From assembly GCA_951406725.2 (NCBI GenBank), contig OX597840.1, forward strand, positions 18,972,001 through 19,036,000: 64,000 nucleotides of DNA, given 5' to 3'. Below the pieces are notes generated by a model that did not search any database, was not told the DNA's origin, and saw only the letters and a program-made list of their open reading frames with translations. How positions within the stretch are numbered: position 1 is the stretch's first letter; each line of letters begins with the position of its first letter. Position numbers and translations under genes: made by a program. Positions 1 through 13,099 of the stretch are shown in pieces. The DNA is from Octopus vulgaris. Taxonomy: Eukaryota.

Positions 1-69
1 ATATCTATAAACGTACTCACATAAATATATACATGCATGAATAGCATGCACACATACACAAACACAACA

Positions 70-261
70 CAAAAATAATGGTATTTTTTATAATCTTAAA
101 GTTTATAGCGGACACCGTGCAAATGACTAAAGAAAATAGTGTAATAATGGGGCATATAAGCCCTCGACAGAAAAAAAGTAGGCTTTCCCGTAAGAGTGGA
201 CTCAAACTTACATTCCGTCGTTAACGCGGCTTTGTTACCGATTACACCAGTGAACCCGCCC
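70..261 (-). mobile_element. tRNA-derived SINE copy (inverted partner of 484-680)
   Basis: Reverse complement aligns with 484-680 (shared AGCCTACTTTTTT-CTGTCGAGGGCTTATAT and ATACCATTATT segments). Confidence 0.6.
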
Positions 262-483
262 TCTTCTTTCTGTCAAATTTAAGAACTATATTAGTTCGTA
301 GTTGTATTTGTAAACAAACTTTATGTGCTTCGGGTGCGAATGGTTTTGTTAAGCGGTCTGTAAATAATAATAATGGTATTTTTATAAACTTAAAGCTTAT
401 AGCGATTATCGTGCAAATAACTAAAGAAAATGGATATTTTCGCTTTGACCGGCAGATTTTTAAAATAATTTCTTTATTCAAGT

Positions 484-680
484 GGGCTGGATCGCTGGTG
501 TAATCGCTAACACACTTAGTCACATTAACAAAGAGATGTGGGTTCGAGTCCCACGCGTACTGGAAAGCCTACTTTTTTCCTGTCGAGGGCTTATATACCC
601 CATTATTGGACTATTTTCCATAGCCATTTGCACGCTGGTCGTTATAAGCTTTAAGCTTATTAAAAAAATACCATTATTAT
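484..680 (+). mobile_element. tRNA-derived SINE copy
   Basis: A-box-like TGGTGTAATCGCTAA and B-box GGTTCGAGTCCC. A homologous inverted copy lies upstream and a third 3' fragment at about 365-432. Confidence 0.6.
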
Positions 681-818
681 TGACAGAATTATGAAACTCG
701 ACACCGCTTAACAATACCATTCGCACATATATATATACATCCATATATATATAAACATACACACAGGAATATATACATGCAAGCATACTTACACAAGCAC
801 AGCACACAGACACACATA

Positions 819-1203
819 TCTCTCTCTATATAAACGGCAGTTTGTCTGTGCGTTTTCTGTGTGTCTGTTTTCTCGTACCCTCACTCTGACCACGGCTTTC
901 AACCGATTCTGATGAAACTTGACACACACATAGCCCAATGTCATAATTCAAAACTAACGCAGCGAAAATTTTGAAAAGTTCCCCCAGTTCTGAAAAAAAT
1001 CGATAAATTCGACATGGGGTCGAGAATCAGAAACCCAAACCACAGACCGTCTAGGGGACGCAACTCCACCTTTTTTAACTCTCAAAAAAAATTTACCATC
1101 ATTTTTTTCCCATTTTTTTTGCTATTTTTTGGCTATAACTCTCTAAAAATGCTTTATAGTTATTTCCCTTACAAACCTGAGCAACGCCGGGCGATACTGC
1201 TAG
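819..1203 (+). mobile_element. Non-autonomous Helitron
   Basis: Starts A|TC, ends with the subterminal hairpin CCTGAGCAACGCCGGG followed by CTAG|T, no TSD. The same 3' end recurs inverted at 44091. Confidence 0.75.
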
Positions 1204-1408
1204 TATATATATAAAACGGTATTTTATTATTCTTGAAAAGCTTATTTTTCTTAATGGTGTTGAAGCAGCTGTAATTTACGAGATGTGTCATTTGTATAAA
1301 ATAATATAATTGAATTGAATTTATGATTTGATGATTAAATTATTTAATTGTTCAATTTAATATTTTGGTTTCCATTTCTAATATTAATAATAATATAATT
1401 TCTAATAT

Positions 1409-1469
<61 letters not shown>

Positions 1470-1852
1470 CGTTGATCACAGAACAAACATCAAATTCGAG
1501 TCAACGACTTTATATATAACACCATGCTTCCAAACATTTGATCATATATAAATATTACCATGGCTCTTAAGTATATAAAGTATACATATATAAATAATAC
1601 AGAAGGTAATATATATATATGCAAATAAAAATACAGATGTATAGAACGGCCTAAAAGAAGATATATACAATCGACTAAAAATTCTAAAATGTGTCATACT
1701 ACTAAAAATCTAAATGAAATAAAATATCAATCGACTAAAAAATTTTCTTTACTTCCCTCAAACAAAAGAGTACATCAAAACAGTTCATTTCATAAAAACC
1801 AAGGTAAGTTGGTGTCAGGACTAAAAAGGTTTCCACAAAATTTAGTCAAACA

Positions 1853-1938
1853 CAGCTATGGCCATTTCGGGAGTTCATTGCCGCGGTTCGATTACGAGTT
1901 AAAGTGCATTTCGGCAATGACCCCATCATCAGGATGAA
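1853..1938 (-). ncRNA. Type I hammerhead ribozyme in a (TA)n-flanked Penelope-type pLTR fragment
   Basis: Minus strand: CTGATGA, long stem II (GGGGTCATTGCC...GGCAATGAACTCCC), GAAA, palindromic TGGCCA, TA. Stem I CATC/GCTG has one mismatch. Confidence 0.75.
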
Positions 1939-2467
1939 CAGGAAACTCAACAAATTCATAAAAACCAATAAGTGATGTGGTTGTCAAATATATGCATATT
2001 CATGTATAGATGTATATTGTATATATATATATGTTATTCTACCAAATATATACGTTTTTATTATTATTTTGCAATTTACTTAATCAGGGGTATATTATTG
2101 TTATTTTATTTTTATATTTCTATTTTATGTAATTTTCTAGATGGTGTAATTTAATTGTTCATTTTAAATTGATAAAAGGTGTTTTTTCTAAATTATATAT
2201 ATATATACAAAAAATGGTGAAATATGATTAATTTAATAAAATTAATAAATTTCACCTTGTAGATTTATCGGTATGGAAAAGACCATATTTGGTAAGAATT
2301 ATATTAATTATAATAAAGGGTTAATTGCAACAAGTTGCTCAAAACCACATACCGAAAATATTAGAAATAGCAGCCAAATTGATCACTATTTTTCCTACTA
2401 ATAAAAGTCTCCACAAACAAACAGAATTTGTAACCCGTATATGGTAAAGAAATTTATTTATATAATT

Positions 2468-2572
<105 letters not shown>

Positions 2573-2622
2573 ACGTTTAAATATTTGTTGGCTAAACTGG
2601 CAATATGACCATTCCGAAATAT

Positions 2623-2670
<48 letters not shown>

Positions 2671-3341
2671 TCATATACATACACATACACACACATATAT
2701 ATATGCGTGTGTATGTGTGTATGTATGTGTATGTGAGTGTGTATGTTATATGTGCACGTACGTATGTATGTTTGTATGTATGTATATCCGCACATATGTA
2801 CGTAACGATGGATGGATGGATAGATGGATTGATGGATGCATACACTTACAATCATACAGTGATGAATCTACTGTTTATATTGTTTAACCTTGTTGCAGAA
2901 TACAAACCTATCACAATATCCGTATCAACCACGTTTCCAAATCTCGCATCAAACTATCAACTCTCGTCCTCCCTCCACCATTTATATCCGCTTTCTAACT
3001 TAATCTCACTACCACATTTACTATTTCCAAGCCATTTCACCTTACCAATTTCCTTCTGTCTGTTATTTCTTATCACACTTAACATACTTTCAGCCAAGCG
3101 TAAGGTTTCTGCGTATGGTACCAACCACCTCTCGCTTGCTTGCCTTTATAGTCATTAATACGTATTTATATAAACATTCTTGCACGCACACATACATACG
3201 CACGCGCACACACACACACATATTCCGTTGAAATATTGTCAAGACATTTAGTTTGCTCTACTATGATACACTCCCCATACGTACAAACATATATATATAC
3301 ATACAAGCTACACACACATGTATATAAATACATACATGTAT

Positions 3342-4250
3342 ACTAAGTGCGTTCAAAAGGTATCTGAGTTTATTATTCTCCAAAAAAGTTAGTCCCTCCT
3401 TTGGGACGGGTTGACGTCCTCCTACGCAGGCCACAGTGAAAAATTAGTATTCGCCAATCACTATAAATATGGAGCGAATGGTAGATTCATTGACACCAAA
3501 CTTACGTCCCAAAGCAGCAAAGCTCCTAACGCCACGTATTTTCACGATCATTTGTATTATTTCCTAGAGAGGCGTAGGAGTGGCTGTGTGGTAAGTAGCT
3601 TGCTAACCAACCACATGGTTCTGGGTTCAGTCCCACTGCGTGGCATCTTGGGCAAGTGTCTTCTGCTGTAGCCCCGGGCCGACCAATGCCTTGTGAGTGG
3701 ATTTGGTAGACGGAAACTGAAAGAAGCCTGTCGCATATATGTATATATGTATATATATATGTGTGTGTGTGTGTGTTTGTGTGTCTGTGTTTGTCCCCCT
3801 AGCATTGCTTGACAACCGATGCTGGTGTGTTCACGTCCCCGTCACTTAGCGGTTCGGCAAAAGAGACCGATAGAATAAGCACTGGGCTTACAAAGAATAA
3901 GTCCCGGGGTCGATTTGCTCGACTAAAGGCGGTGCTCCAGCATGGCCGCAGTCAAAATGACTGAAACAAGTAAAAGAGTAAAAGAGTAAAAAGAGAGTGC
4001 AATTTCATCTATGTCATTTGTATGGACAATGTGCCTTTGTAGGTTCGTTGAAAACCAAACTCATGACCCACAGTGTCCACCGTCGGGTACTTTCTTGATC
4101 ATCCCTGCTTTTTCTTGAAGATAATAGAGACGCTTGCATTGTCTGTCAAGATCAGCTGCCTTCCCACTTTTTCTTTGCAGTGGTCATATGTTAATCGGTA
4201 TAAAAAAAAATACTCAGACTCGCAACTTGGTGATGTAAATATAAGCAATA
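3342..4250 (-). mobile_element. Highly decayed mariner-like relic interrupted by a SINE
   Basis: TIR-like start TAAGTGCGTTCAAAAGGTATC and only remnants of transposase-like sequence; split by the SINE at 3570-3995. Confidence 0.3.
3570..3995 (+). mobile_element. SINE family A (tRNA head, internal TA/TG microsatellite, (GAGTAAAA)n tail), full length
   Basis: Head GTGGCTGTGTGGTAAG...GGGTTCAGTCCC; near-identical copies at 5670, 16322, 36095, 47434 and 59641. Confidence 0.85.
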
Positions 4251-4553
4251 GATGCTGCATTCTGGGTAACTAAGCATTATGGGTGGTCACGGAGGTACAT
4301 TTTGCAGAATCTTAGGCAGATCACTGATCCGTGTTATCACAGATCAATTCGAGATAAGAGTGACATGGTTCACTGCTGAGTGTATCGTGTTATTCCAGAT
4401 CACTAATAGATGAATCAGTGATAAACAAGGGTATAGCTAAAGGAAAATTTACGACAACATTATGCACATCAAACATATATACATGCATGCATAAATACGT
4501 ACATACATATATATGAATATACATACAGATACACATGGGTGTGCATGTGTGTG

Positions 4554-4630
<77 letters not shown>

Positions 4631-4760
4631 GCAATATTAAATCTCTGAGCGATATATATATATATAGGGAGAGTTTATGAAAAAAACAACAACAAAAGAC
4701 GAAGACAGGTGGTGTACAAAACAAACAGATGTATTAGTATAACGCTCAGGAATAGAAAAC

Positions 4761-4792
4761 GTCTTTTACGTTTCGAGCCTACGTTCTTCTAC
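4761..4792 (-). ncRNA. Truncated minimal hammerhead-like motif (pLTR fragment, about 4668-4792)
   Basis: Minus strand ...AGAAGAACGTAGGCTC GAAA CGTA AAAGAC; homologous to the copies at 21192 and 35952. Confidence 0.4.
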
Positions 4793-4962
4793 ACATACAT
4801 ACATACGACGGGCTTTTTTCAGTTTCCGTCTGCCAAACCTACTCACAAGGCTTTGGTCGGCCCGAGGCTATAGTAGAAGACACTTAGTCAAGAGTGCCAT
4901 GCTGTGGGACTGAACCCAGAGCTGTATAGTTGGGAAGCAAGCTTCTTACCACACACACGCAC

Positions 4963-4993
<31 letters not shown>

Positions 4994-5187
4994 TGTATGT
5001 ATGTATGTATGTATGTATGTATGTATGTATGTATGTATGTATGTATACTGTTGACGTAGTCTCCTTTAGAGAGATTCAGAAATAATAACATTTCTATTTT
5101 TGAAAATCAGTGGATGTGTTCCACTGAATATATATAAATAAACCTTCGAGCAAACAGTCAACAGCGACACCTGCTGGGTTCAGCTAC

Positions 5188-5230
5188 TCGACATTGATAA
5201 GGGGTAAATACCCCGAAACCGGTCTGATGA
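5188..5230 (+). ncRNA. Minimal type I hammerhead ribozyme with U3-A8 core variant
   Basis: TTGATAA GGGGT-AAAT-ACCCC GAAA CCGG TC: perfect stem II, palindromic ACCGGT in place of stem III, GUC cleavage triplet. Confidence 0.75.
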
Positions 5231-5669
5231 CCTCCCCTGTTCGAAGCTTGTAATATATATATGTATATATATATATATATATATACTGTTTGTTTTCACT
5301 GTTTTGGTCTTACTGTCCTGTTTTTGTCACTACTTTAACCCTCCGCAAATCCCAAATTTTATTTAATTTGCTTTGCGGGTACGACTGTGTTAACGAAGTC
5401 GCGTCTTGTCCCAACGTTCGAAAAAGCGGAGTAGATATATATACATACTCTTTTACATGTTTCAGTCAGTCGCCTGCGGTCATGCTGGAGTACCACCTAT
5501 AAGGATTTTTAGTCGAACAAACCGACCCTACAACTTATTTCTTAAGCCTAGTACTTATCTTATAGGTCTCTTTTGCCGAACCGCTTAGTTACATGAACGT
5601 AAGCACATCACCGGTTCTCTCTCTCTCCCTCCCTCTCTCTTTCTCTCTCTCTCTCTATATATATATATA

Positions 5670-6075
5670 GGCGCAGGAGTGGCTGTGTGGTAAGTAGCTT
5701 ACTAACCAACCACATGGTTCCGGGTTCAGTCCCACTGCGTGGCATCTTGGGCAAGTGTCTTCTGCTATAGCCCCGGGCCGACCAATGCCTTGTGAGTGGA
5801 TTTGGTAGACGGAAACTGAAAGAAGCCTGTCGTATATATTTATATATGTATATGTATGTGTGTGTGTGTGTGTTTGTGTGTCTGTGTTTGTCCCCCTAGC
5901 ATTGCTTGACAACCGATGCTGGTGTGTTTACGTCCCCGTCACTTTGCGGTTCGGCAAAAAGAGCCCGATAGAATAAGTACTGGGCTCACAAAGAATAAGT
6001 CCCGGGGTCTATTTGCTCGACTAAAGGCGGTGCTCCAGCATGGCCACAGTCAAATGACTGACACAAGTAAAAGAA
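5670..6075 (+). mobile_element. SINE family A, full length
   Basis: Near-identical to 3570-3995. Confidence 0.85.
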
Positions 6076-6317
6076 AGAAAGAAAGAATGTGTGTGTATGT
6101 GTGTGTGTGTGTGTGTGTGCTTATATTATATATGCATAAATACACACACACACTCACATGTATACATATATACACAGACAATATATTGATGCATGTATTT
6201 ATGTGTCTGTGTGTGTGTGTGTGTGCATGTTTGTGCGTGTGTTTGTGTGTGTTACGTTTCGTCCGCAAATGAAGGATTTTGGATCCTCCATCCACTGTAC
6301 AGACGTTCTTCTCGCCT

Positions 6318-6470
6318 TCCTTCCTTCTTTTCTTCATTCCTTCCTTCTTTTCTTCCTTCCTTCCTTCTTTTCTTCCTTCCTTCCTTCTTTTCTTCCTTCC
6401 TTCCTTCCTTCTTTTCTTCCTTCCTTCCTTCTTTTCTTCCTTCCTTCCTTCCTTCCTTCCTTCTTTCCTC
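6318..6470. repeat. (TTCC)n/(TTCT)n pyrimidine microsatellite
   Basis: Direct inspection. Confidence 0.9.
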
Positions 6471-6680
6471 CATACTCTTTCTCCCCCCCAAATCCTTTCC
6501 CAAACACACACATACACACACACAAACATGCTCACACGTACGCGAGCACACTCATACAGTCACACAGTCGCATACACACGCATACACATTGATATATACA
6601 TGTGTATGTTTGTGTTCGTATATGAATGTGCGCGCATACGTGTGCTTTGTATATATGTGTGTGTGTGTGCGTGTGTATGT

Positions 6681-6724
<44 letters not shown>

Positions 6725-6839
6725 ATGGGGACGAGCTTACTGAATTTTCTCGTAACAGGGATTGAAATGCTATTATAAATGGAATCAATACAAATTTACA
6801 TATTTTGATTCATAATATCGATCTTGATTGATCATAAAA

Positions 6840-7270
6840 ATATTGGTTTCAAAATGTGGCCCAAGACCAGCAGATTCAGGTAAGGGGTAAGTCGATTACA
6901 TAGATCCCAGTGTTTAAGTGGTCCTTATTTTACCGGCCCCGAAAGTCAGTCTCGGGGAAATTTGAAGTCTAAATACGGACGAAACGATGCTAAGCATTTT
7001 GACCGGTCTGCTAACTTTTCTACTAGATTGCCGCCTTAACGATCATAATAATATTCCTTTCTACTATTGGCACAAGGCCTGAAATTTGGGAACGGGAGAG
7101 AGTCGACTACGTCGAACCCCAGTGCTCAACGGGTACTTATTTTATCGACCCTCAAAGGATGAAAGGCAAAAAGTCAATCTGGGCGGAATTTGAACACAGA
7201 ATGTAAAGACAAAATGCCGCTAAGTATTTTGCCCGGCGTGCTAACGATTCTGCCATCTCGTCGCCTTACC
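6840..7270 (-). mobile_element. Two tandem copies of SINE family B
   Basis: Reverse complement of AAGGCGGCGAGCTGGCAGAATCGTTAGC...GTTCAAATTCCGCC...GGGGTCGATAAA; both copies end at the same CCTTA-CGATCATAATA flank. Confidence 0.7.
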
Positions 7271-7699
7271 GATCATAATACGATTGGTGACAGGAAGTGA
7301 AACACCCAGCTGTATGAAAGATATTTAAGCACTAACAAGGAGTATTAAAATGTTAATTACAGTTATTCATGTGGTGAGAATGAAGTTAGTGTTAACGTAT
7401 TTAACTTAGGGAGTATTAAATGATAATTAGAAGTTATTATGCTGTGAGGAAAGAACACGAAACATAGCCAATGGCTGATCTTTGCAGTTTACAGCAAAGT
7501 AACGGGAGACAACTTCGGACAAGTTTCAGAGTAATTCTTTGCGACGTAATTACTAAAGTAATGATAAAATCTACAAAATTATTGGAAAACTTTGATGTAA
7601 GCCTTGGATCAATATCTCCCTCATTAAATCCTACTGTCTTAATAGTGATAATATATAGGCACTCCGTCGGTTGCAAGTCAAGGAGAAAGCCAGGCAACA

Positions 7700-9910
7700 T
7701 TCTGTGACCTCCCTTGGGACAGACGAAGTGGTTTTTCTGTCAATTTACCTTGGAAGACGTGCTTCCAGGGTAAGGGTGGAAAAAATCCCTCCGGAGGTCG
7801 ATGTTGCCTGGCTTGTGGCGGCGATATTGTTAGGATTAGAACAGAGGATTGTGGTTCTCCAGGCGACAGGAATAGCTCTGAGAAATTGGCATGGCCTGGA
7901 GATGGTCATCGAGGCTGCTCCAGTGGACCTGGAGAGGATAGTCGTCACCATAACGGTGGGTGACGAAGGGTTATTGTGGAGGGCAGGAAGCCCCGTTGTT
8001 ACAAGTGTGACCAGAAAAGCTACATTAGAACGGAGTACCCTCCGCCGCCTGTGAATGAACCAGCGGCACTACCGATTGGAGAGGAAATCGCACCGCCACC
8101 TCCTACGACGAAAAGGAAAGGAAGTAGGACCGAGTGGAGGAAGAAACGAAGAATGAGTGGAAAACGGTCAGTAAAAAGAAGAGAAAGAGGACAAGAAGTA
8201 CACAATCTATTGATGTTAATCCCCCTACCCCATTCTGCCCACCTACCGACACCAACCCTCACCTTGCCCCACCAGACAGAGTGCCCATCCCTGCCCCTAT
8301 AGGTACACTAGCAAACAAGCAAGAACCGCAATTTCTCCAGCCCTCACCGCGTGGAATGTGTTGCATTCTGTATAATGACTCGATAGAAGGACTGATGGAG
8401 GAGTTAGAAAAAATAGAGAACTTGGTAAAAATAGATATTCCTGGTTACAAAGGATATCCTGCACATGTGAAATATGGACTCATTGGAAGAGAACACTAGA
8501 ATAAAATTCAAGAGACGTTCGGAGGGAATATTAGGCCTTACAAATGGAAATTAACACCGATGCATTGCCTGCAAAACTGTAACAAAAAAAAAAAAGACTT
8601 TTAAAGTGATAAATTGGTTTAAAAAGTTTCGCTGAGGTCACTTGGAATGTGCGGTTGGAGAAGATAGGGAGAGATGTTAGACTTCGGGACATGCAAATAA
8701 ACTGTAGACACAAAACTCACAAACCCCACACTACCCACCCGCCAAAGCACACACTCATTCAAACATCATGGCTGTTAACATCTCAAATAAGGATCTTGAA
8801 AAGGAAATTGAAAAAATACTTCAAATAAAAATTATAAGCCCACGCAGAGTTCAATCTCTGCTCAAATTAAACTTTTTGTGATTGACAATATGAACTATAG
8901 AGTTTTAAAAAGAGACTTCCCATCTGACATGTGTCCTTTGAGAAAGGACTTCTCACCCCAAATCTTCGAGGGATTAATTATGGAAACCCCACAAGCTCCG
9001 TTTAATTGGACGAGGTGGGATTACCGTTCCACCTACGCTAAGGTAAGCCGTTTCCTTTTCTTCTCACTCAATGCGTATAAATGTGCGCGGCCTGGGGTCG
9101 GATTGGAAGAAAGGTCGCCTCCTTAACGACCTCAGGTCGTACAAACTGGATCTGGGAGTTGTTACAGAAACCAAACTAAGCGGACTGTGAGCCTTTTCAC
9201 CCCTCCTAAATGGCTACGAGAAATTCATTTCTCCATAGGAACCTGGAGGGTGGGGAGGTGCCGCAGTTCTGCTCGGGAAAAATTTAGTTTTAGAGAAGGA
9301 ACAATCTTTGTTGACCCGGACGGCAGGTTGACCGTCCTTGATGTGACGTACCACAGTCGTAAAACCTTCAGGATGGTGACTGTCTACGCGCCTAGCGAAG
9401 CGGGACAGTAGGATTATTTCAAAATTTTCTAGGAACGTCACATATTTTATAGTTGTTAGGAGATTTTAACACAATTTGCGATGCACGTGTAGATTGTGTT
9501 GGCTCGAATACTAACAGGAAGAGAAAATCTTGCCTCAGAGATCTGCACAGCCGTTTTCAACCGGCAGATCGATACAAATTAGACTTCACGAACGCTCCTT
9601 GTGGACGTGGGCTAATAGCGACAGGCCGTCTAGATCTTATTTATACAGGATAATAGTTAGGATTAAAGATAAAGAGCTAGTTAAGTGTCCACAATTTCAC
9701 CACGTCAGCTACAGTGATCCCAAATTTGTAACCTGTAGACGAGACTTAGGTTATGTAGTCAGAGACCCGGCTACTGGAAACTCAACAAGTCACTTTTGGC
9801 TTGTGAGGAGCCGGATTAGGCAGTTAGTATTGAGGGCATTAATCGGTGCCATTATTAACAACAAATGGTTTTATGCCCTCAAAAGAGCCTTAACGTTTGA
9901 GTCAATTAGT
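7700..9910 (+). pseudogene. Decayed L1/Tx1-clade LINE: ORF1 with zinc knuckle and ORF2 apurinic endonuclease domain
   Basis: ORF1 has a degenerate CCHC knuckle (CYKCDQKSYIRTEYP). Frameshifted APE motifs follow: TETKL, DGRL, VYAPS, LGDFN, WTW, SDP(H)KFV, PGYWKLNKSLL. No RT portion is present. Confidence 0.8.
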
Positions 9911-10349
9911 TTACGGCTATTTGATCCTTGTTCCTCTATCGGTGCTTATGAAATAAGCAAATTACAAAACTTGACAGAACTAATGGACACAGAACTTACG
10001 AGTAATAGCAGTCAAGTATCTATGAAACCACATGCTGTTCCCATAATAGAGGGCATATCGAATATTGTAGTCCGGGAGACATAGTTCATAAAATGCCAGA
10101 GTAGCTATGGCTGGAACGTCTTTGATCATGGGAATAAACTTCAGCCAGTGACGGAGACCTTTGGGGGATGCCCGTCTGGTGGCCAACATGCGAGAAATAG
10201 CAGCCAATTCGAAGATTTAAGAGTAGGGAAGACATAGTAGATAATGATGTATAATCATAAACAGACGGAACCGTCACGGATGGAATACTTGAAATCATAA
10301 GCCAGGAGTTTTATAAAAGCTTGAGAAACAGACGCAACAGCAATACCAT

Positions 10350-10354
10350 CATTG

Positions 10355-10399
<45 letters not shown>

Positions 10400-10490
10400 T
10401 TACTACTACCTCTTTTGTTGTCACTGCTGCCGCCGCCACCACCACCACAACCACCATCACCACTAAGACATCTGCTGTGACTGCGGCCAT

Positions 10491-10543
<53 letters not shown>

Positions 10544-10563
10544 TGCTGCTGCTGCTACTGCTT

Positions 10564-10599
<36 letters not shown>

Positions 10600-10649
10600 T
10601 TTTTGTTGTTGCTACCACCACCACCACCACCACCACCACCACCACCACC

Positions 10650-10701
<52 letters not shown>

Positions 10702-11010
10702 TAACGCCCACAATATACGCTCAACCACCACTACTAATGACAACCTCTGCCACTACAGCTACCACCTTGGTCACAACATCACCACAATCACTCGTGCCAT
10801 CCCCAGTAGCGCCACCACCGCCACCAAGTCCACCACTGAGTCCGTCACCACTGCCTTTATCGCTGCCACAAACTACAACGACACGAAGGAGTAATAACGC
10901 CATCACCAACACCATCACCGCCACCACTACTAACAACTACACTAGCTACCACTATCACTACTAGCATTATTAACCACCGCTACCACTACCATCCACAACC
11001 TACAACCATC
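10350..11010. repeat. Compound (ACT)n/(GCT)n/(ACC)n trinucleotide microsatellite
   Basis: Direct inspection. Confidence 0.9.
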
Positions 11011-11182
11011 ACCTAAACGTTTATGGAACAGCAAGAACCAAACGTGACCATCCAATTTAAAAGATTTGCTAACTCAATCACGTATATGTGTTTCTGCGAT
11101 TCCTCTTCTGCGTTCATTATTTCCGCTCTTTAAAAAAAATCTATCCTCACTCTAATTACACACACGTTTGCTTGTAGGTGTG

Positions 11183-11213
<31 letters not shown>

Positions 11214-11280
11214 CACACAGAGAATAGATGTGATTTATGTATTCTCTCTCTCTCTCTCTCTGTATGTATCTGTATATATA

Positions 11281-12084
11281 CAGGTTGGACAAAATGATGG
11301 AAACATCTTAAAATTTCAAACAAATTAATTTTAATATGGGATAGGACCACCTTTGTTGGTAATTACAACTTGAATTCTACGAGGTATGGACCCGTACAAA
11401 GTTTGAATCGTTTCCAAAGGAATTTTTGTCCATTCTTCAGCTAAAACATGTCTCCAGTTCTTGTAGTGATGATGGTGGAGGATATCGACTCCTTACTTTT
11501 TTTCTAAAATGCACCATACATGTTCAATAATATTGAGATCTGGGGACTGTGGTGGCCAGATAAGATGTTCAACTTCACTAGAATGCCCCTCGTGCCATTC
11601 AGTAACAACTTTAGCTGTGTGAATTGGTGCATTATCATCCTGAAAGATAGCGAGGTAGTCGTTAAGCTCAGCAATACTTTTGTGATCCTTTCTAACAATT
11701 CGCGTAAAAGTCCGACGGTCCCTATCTGAAAGTTTTGGTTTTCTTCCGGAGCTTTGTTTCGACGAGGTTTTTCCCTCTTTCTCAAAGGCTGTCATTACTT
11801 TCGAGACAGTACTTCTTGATACACCAAATATTTCGGCTATTTTCGTTACGCTAGCACCAACAATTTGACCTCTTTGAAAGTTTGATAGATCTGTCATTTT
11901 AACGAATTTTAATTACCTTTTTCTGATATCTGAAAAGAAACAGCAATTTTAGCAAAACATATTATGCAACACTAATAATAAATCAAAATACAGAAAAATA
12001 AACAAGCTTTTGACAGTTTTATAGATATTTCAAAATTATGATGCTATGATACAAGACGTTTTCATTGTTTTGTCCCAACTCCTG
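11281..12084 (-). mobile_element. Internally deleted Tc1-family DNA transposon
   Basis: TA-flanked TIRs (CAGGTTGGACAAAATGATGGAAAC / GTTTTCATTGTTTTGTCCCAACTCCTG). ORF 11493-11897 has an HTH and GRKPK joined directly to FQDDNAPIH and WPPQSPDLNIIEHVW. Confidence 0.9.
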
Positions 12085-12413
12085 TATATGTGAGGGTATA
12101 TGGAATTTATGTACCCTTCTCTCTCTCCCTCTGTCTCTCTCTGTATACTTGGCCAAATGTAATTTTTTGAATACTTTTGCAATAGCCGGTTCTTTTGGTC
12201 AAACTATTATATTTTCAGCTGCTTTAGTTGCCAAGATATCAAAACTTGTTAAAGTGTAGTAACAACAATTTTGCAATAGAATGGTGAAACAATTTTTTTT
12301 TCGGTTTCTGAAAAAGTAACGTTTTGGACCTATGACACTTTTGCATAATAGCAACGATATATATACATATATATATAAATATAAATATAAATATATATGT
12401 GTGTGGGGTGGGG

Positions 12414-12760
12414 TGGAGGCGCAATGGCCCAGCGGTTAGGGCAGCGGACTCGTGGTCGTAAGATCGCAGTTTCGATTCCCAGATCTGGCGTTGTAAATGT
12501 TTATTGAGCGAAAACACCTAAAGGTATACGAGGCTCCGGCAGGGGTGGTGGCGAACCCTGCAGTACTCTTTCCTCACAACTTTCTCTCACTCTTTCTTCC
12601 TTTTTCTGTTGTACCCGTAACGCTAAATCTCCCCGAGAACCACGTCAAAGGTACACGTGTCTGTGGAGTGCTCAGCCACTTGCACGTAAATTTCACGAGC
12701 AGGATGTTCCGTTGATTGGATCAACTGGAACCCTCGTCGTCGTAACCGACGGAGTGCCAC
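12414..12760 (+). mobile_element. SINE family C (tRNA head)
   Basis: Head GGCGCAATGGCCCAGCGGTTAGGGC...GTTTCGATTCCC; second copy at 51034-51408. Confidence 0.8.
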
Positions 12761-12761
12761 G

Positions 12762-12804
<43 letters not shown>

Positions 12805-13017
12805 TGTTGAAATAGAAAGATGAATTTTCTTGTTACAGATTATTCAAAAGTTTAACCGATACCTGGGTAGCAAAAATCACAGCAGAAAAAAGCACGGTTG
12901 GCGATAAGACCATTTGGTGTTGCAACCGTGCGTTGGTGCGGATAATTGAAGTTTAATATTATTAGTGAATGGAAGAAATGGAGTTGAACGAAGATTGTAC
13001 AGAATTCCTTTTATTAC

Positions 13018-13099
13018 ATTCTACACATGTTTCAAAGGCCACAATTTTCCAAATTCTGATTAAATAAGGATACCATATTGCAGCTTTCTCTTCAGGAAA
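13018..13099 (-). ncRNA. Hammerhead ribozyme in the inverted (left) pLTR
   Basis: Reverse-complement copy of 16119-16200. Confidence 0.7.

Noticed and set aside
10311-10964. Mucin-like poly-Thr/Pro ORFs
   Set aside because: Compound trinucleotide microsatellite.
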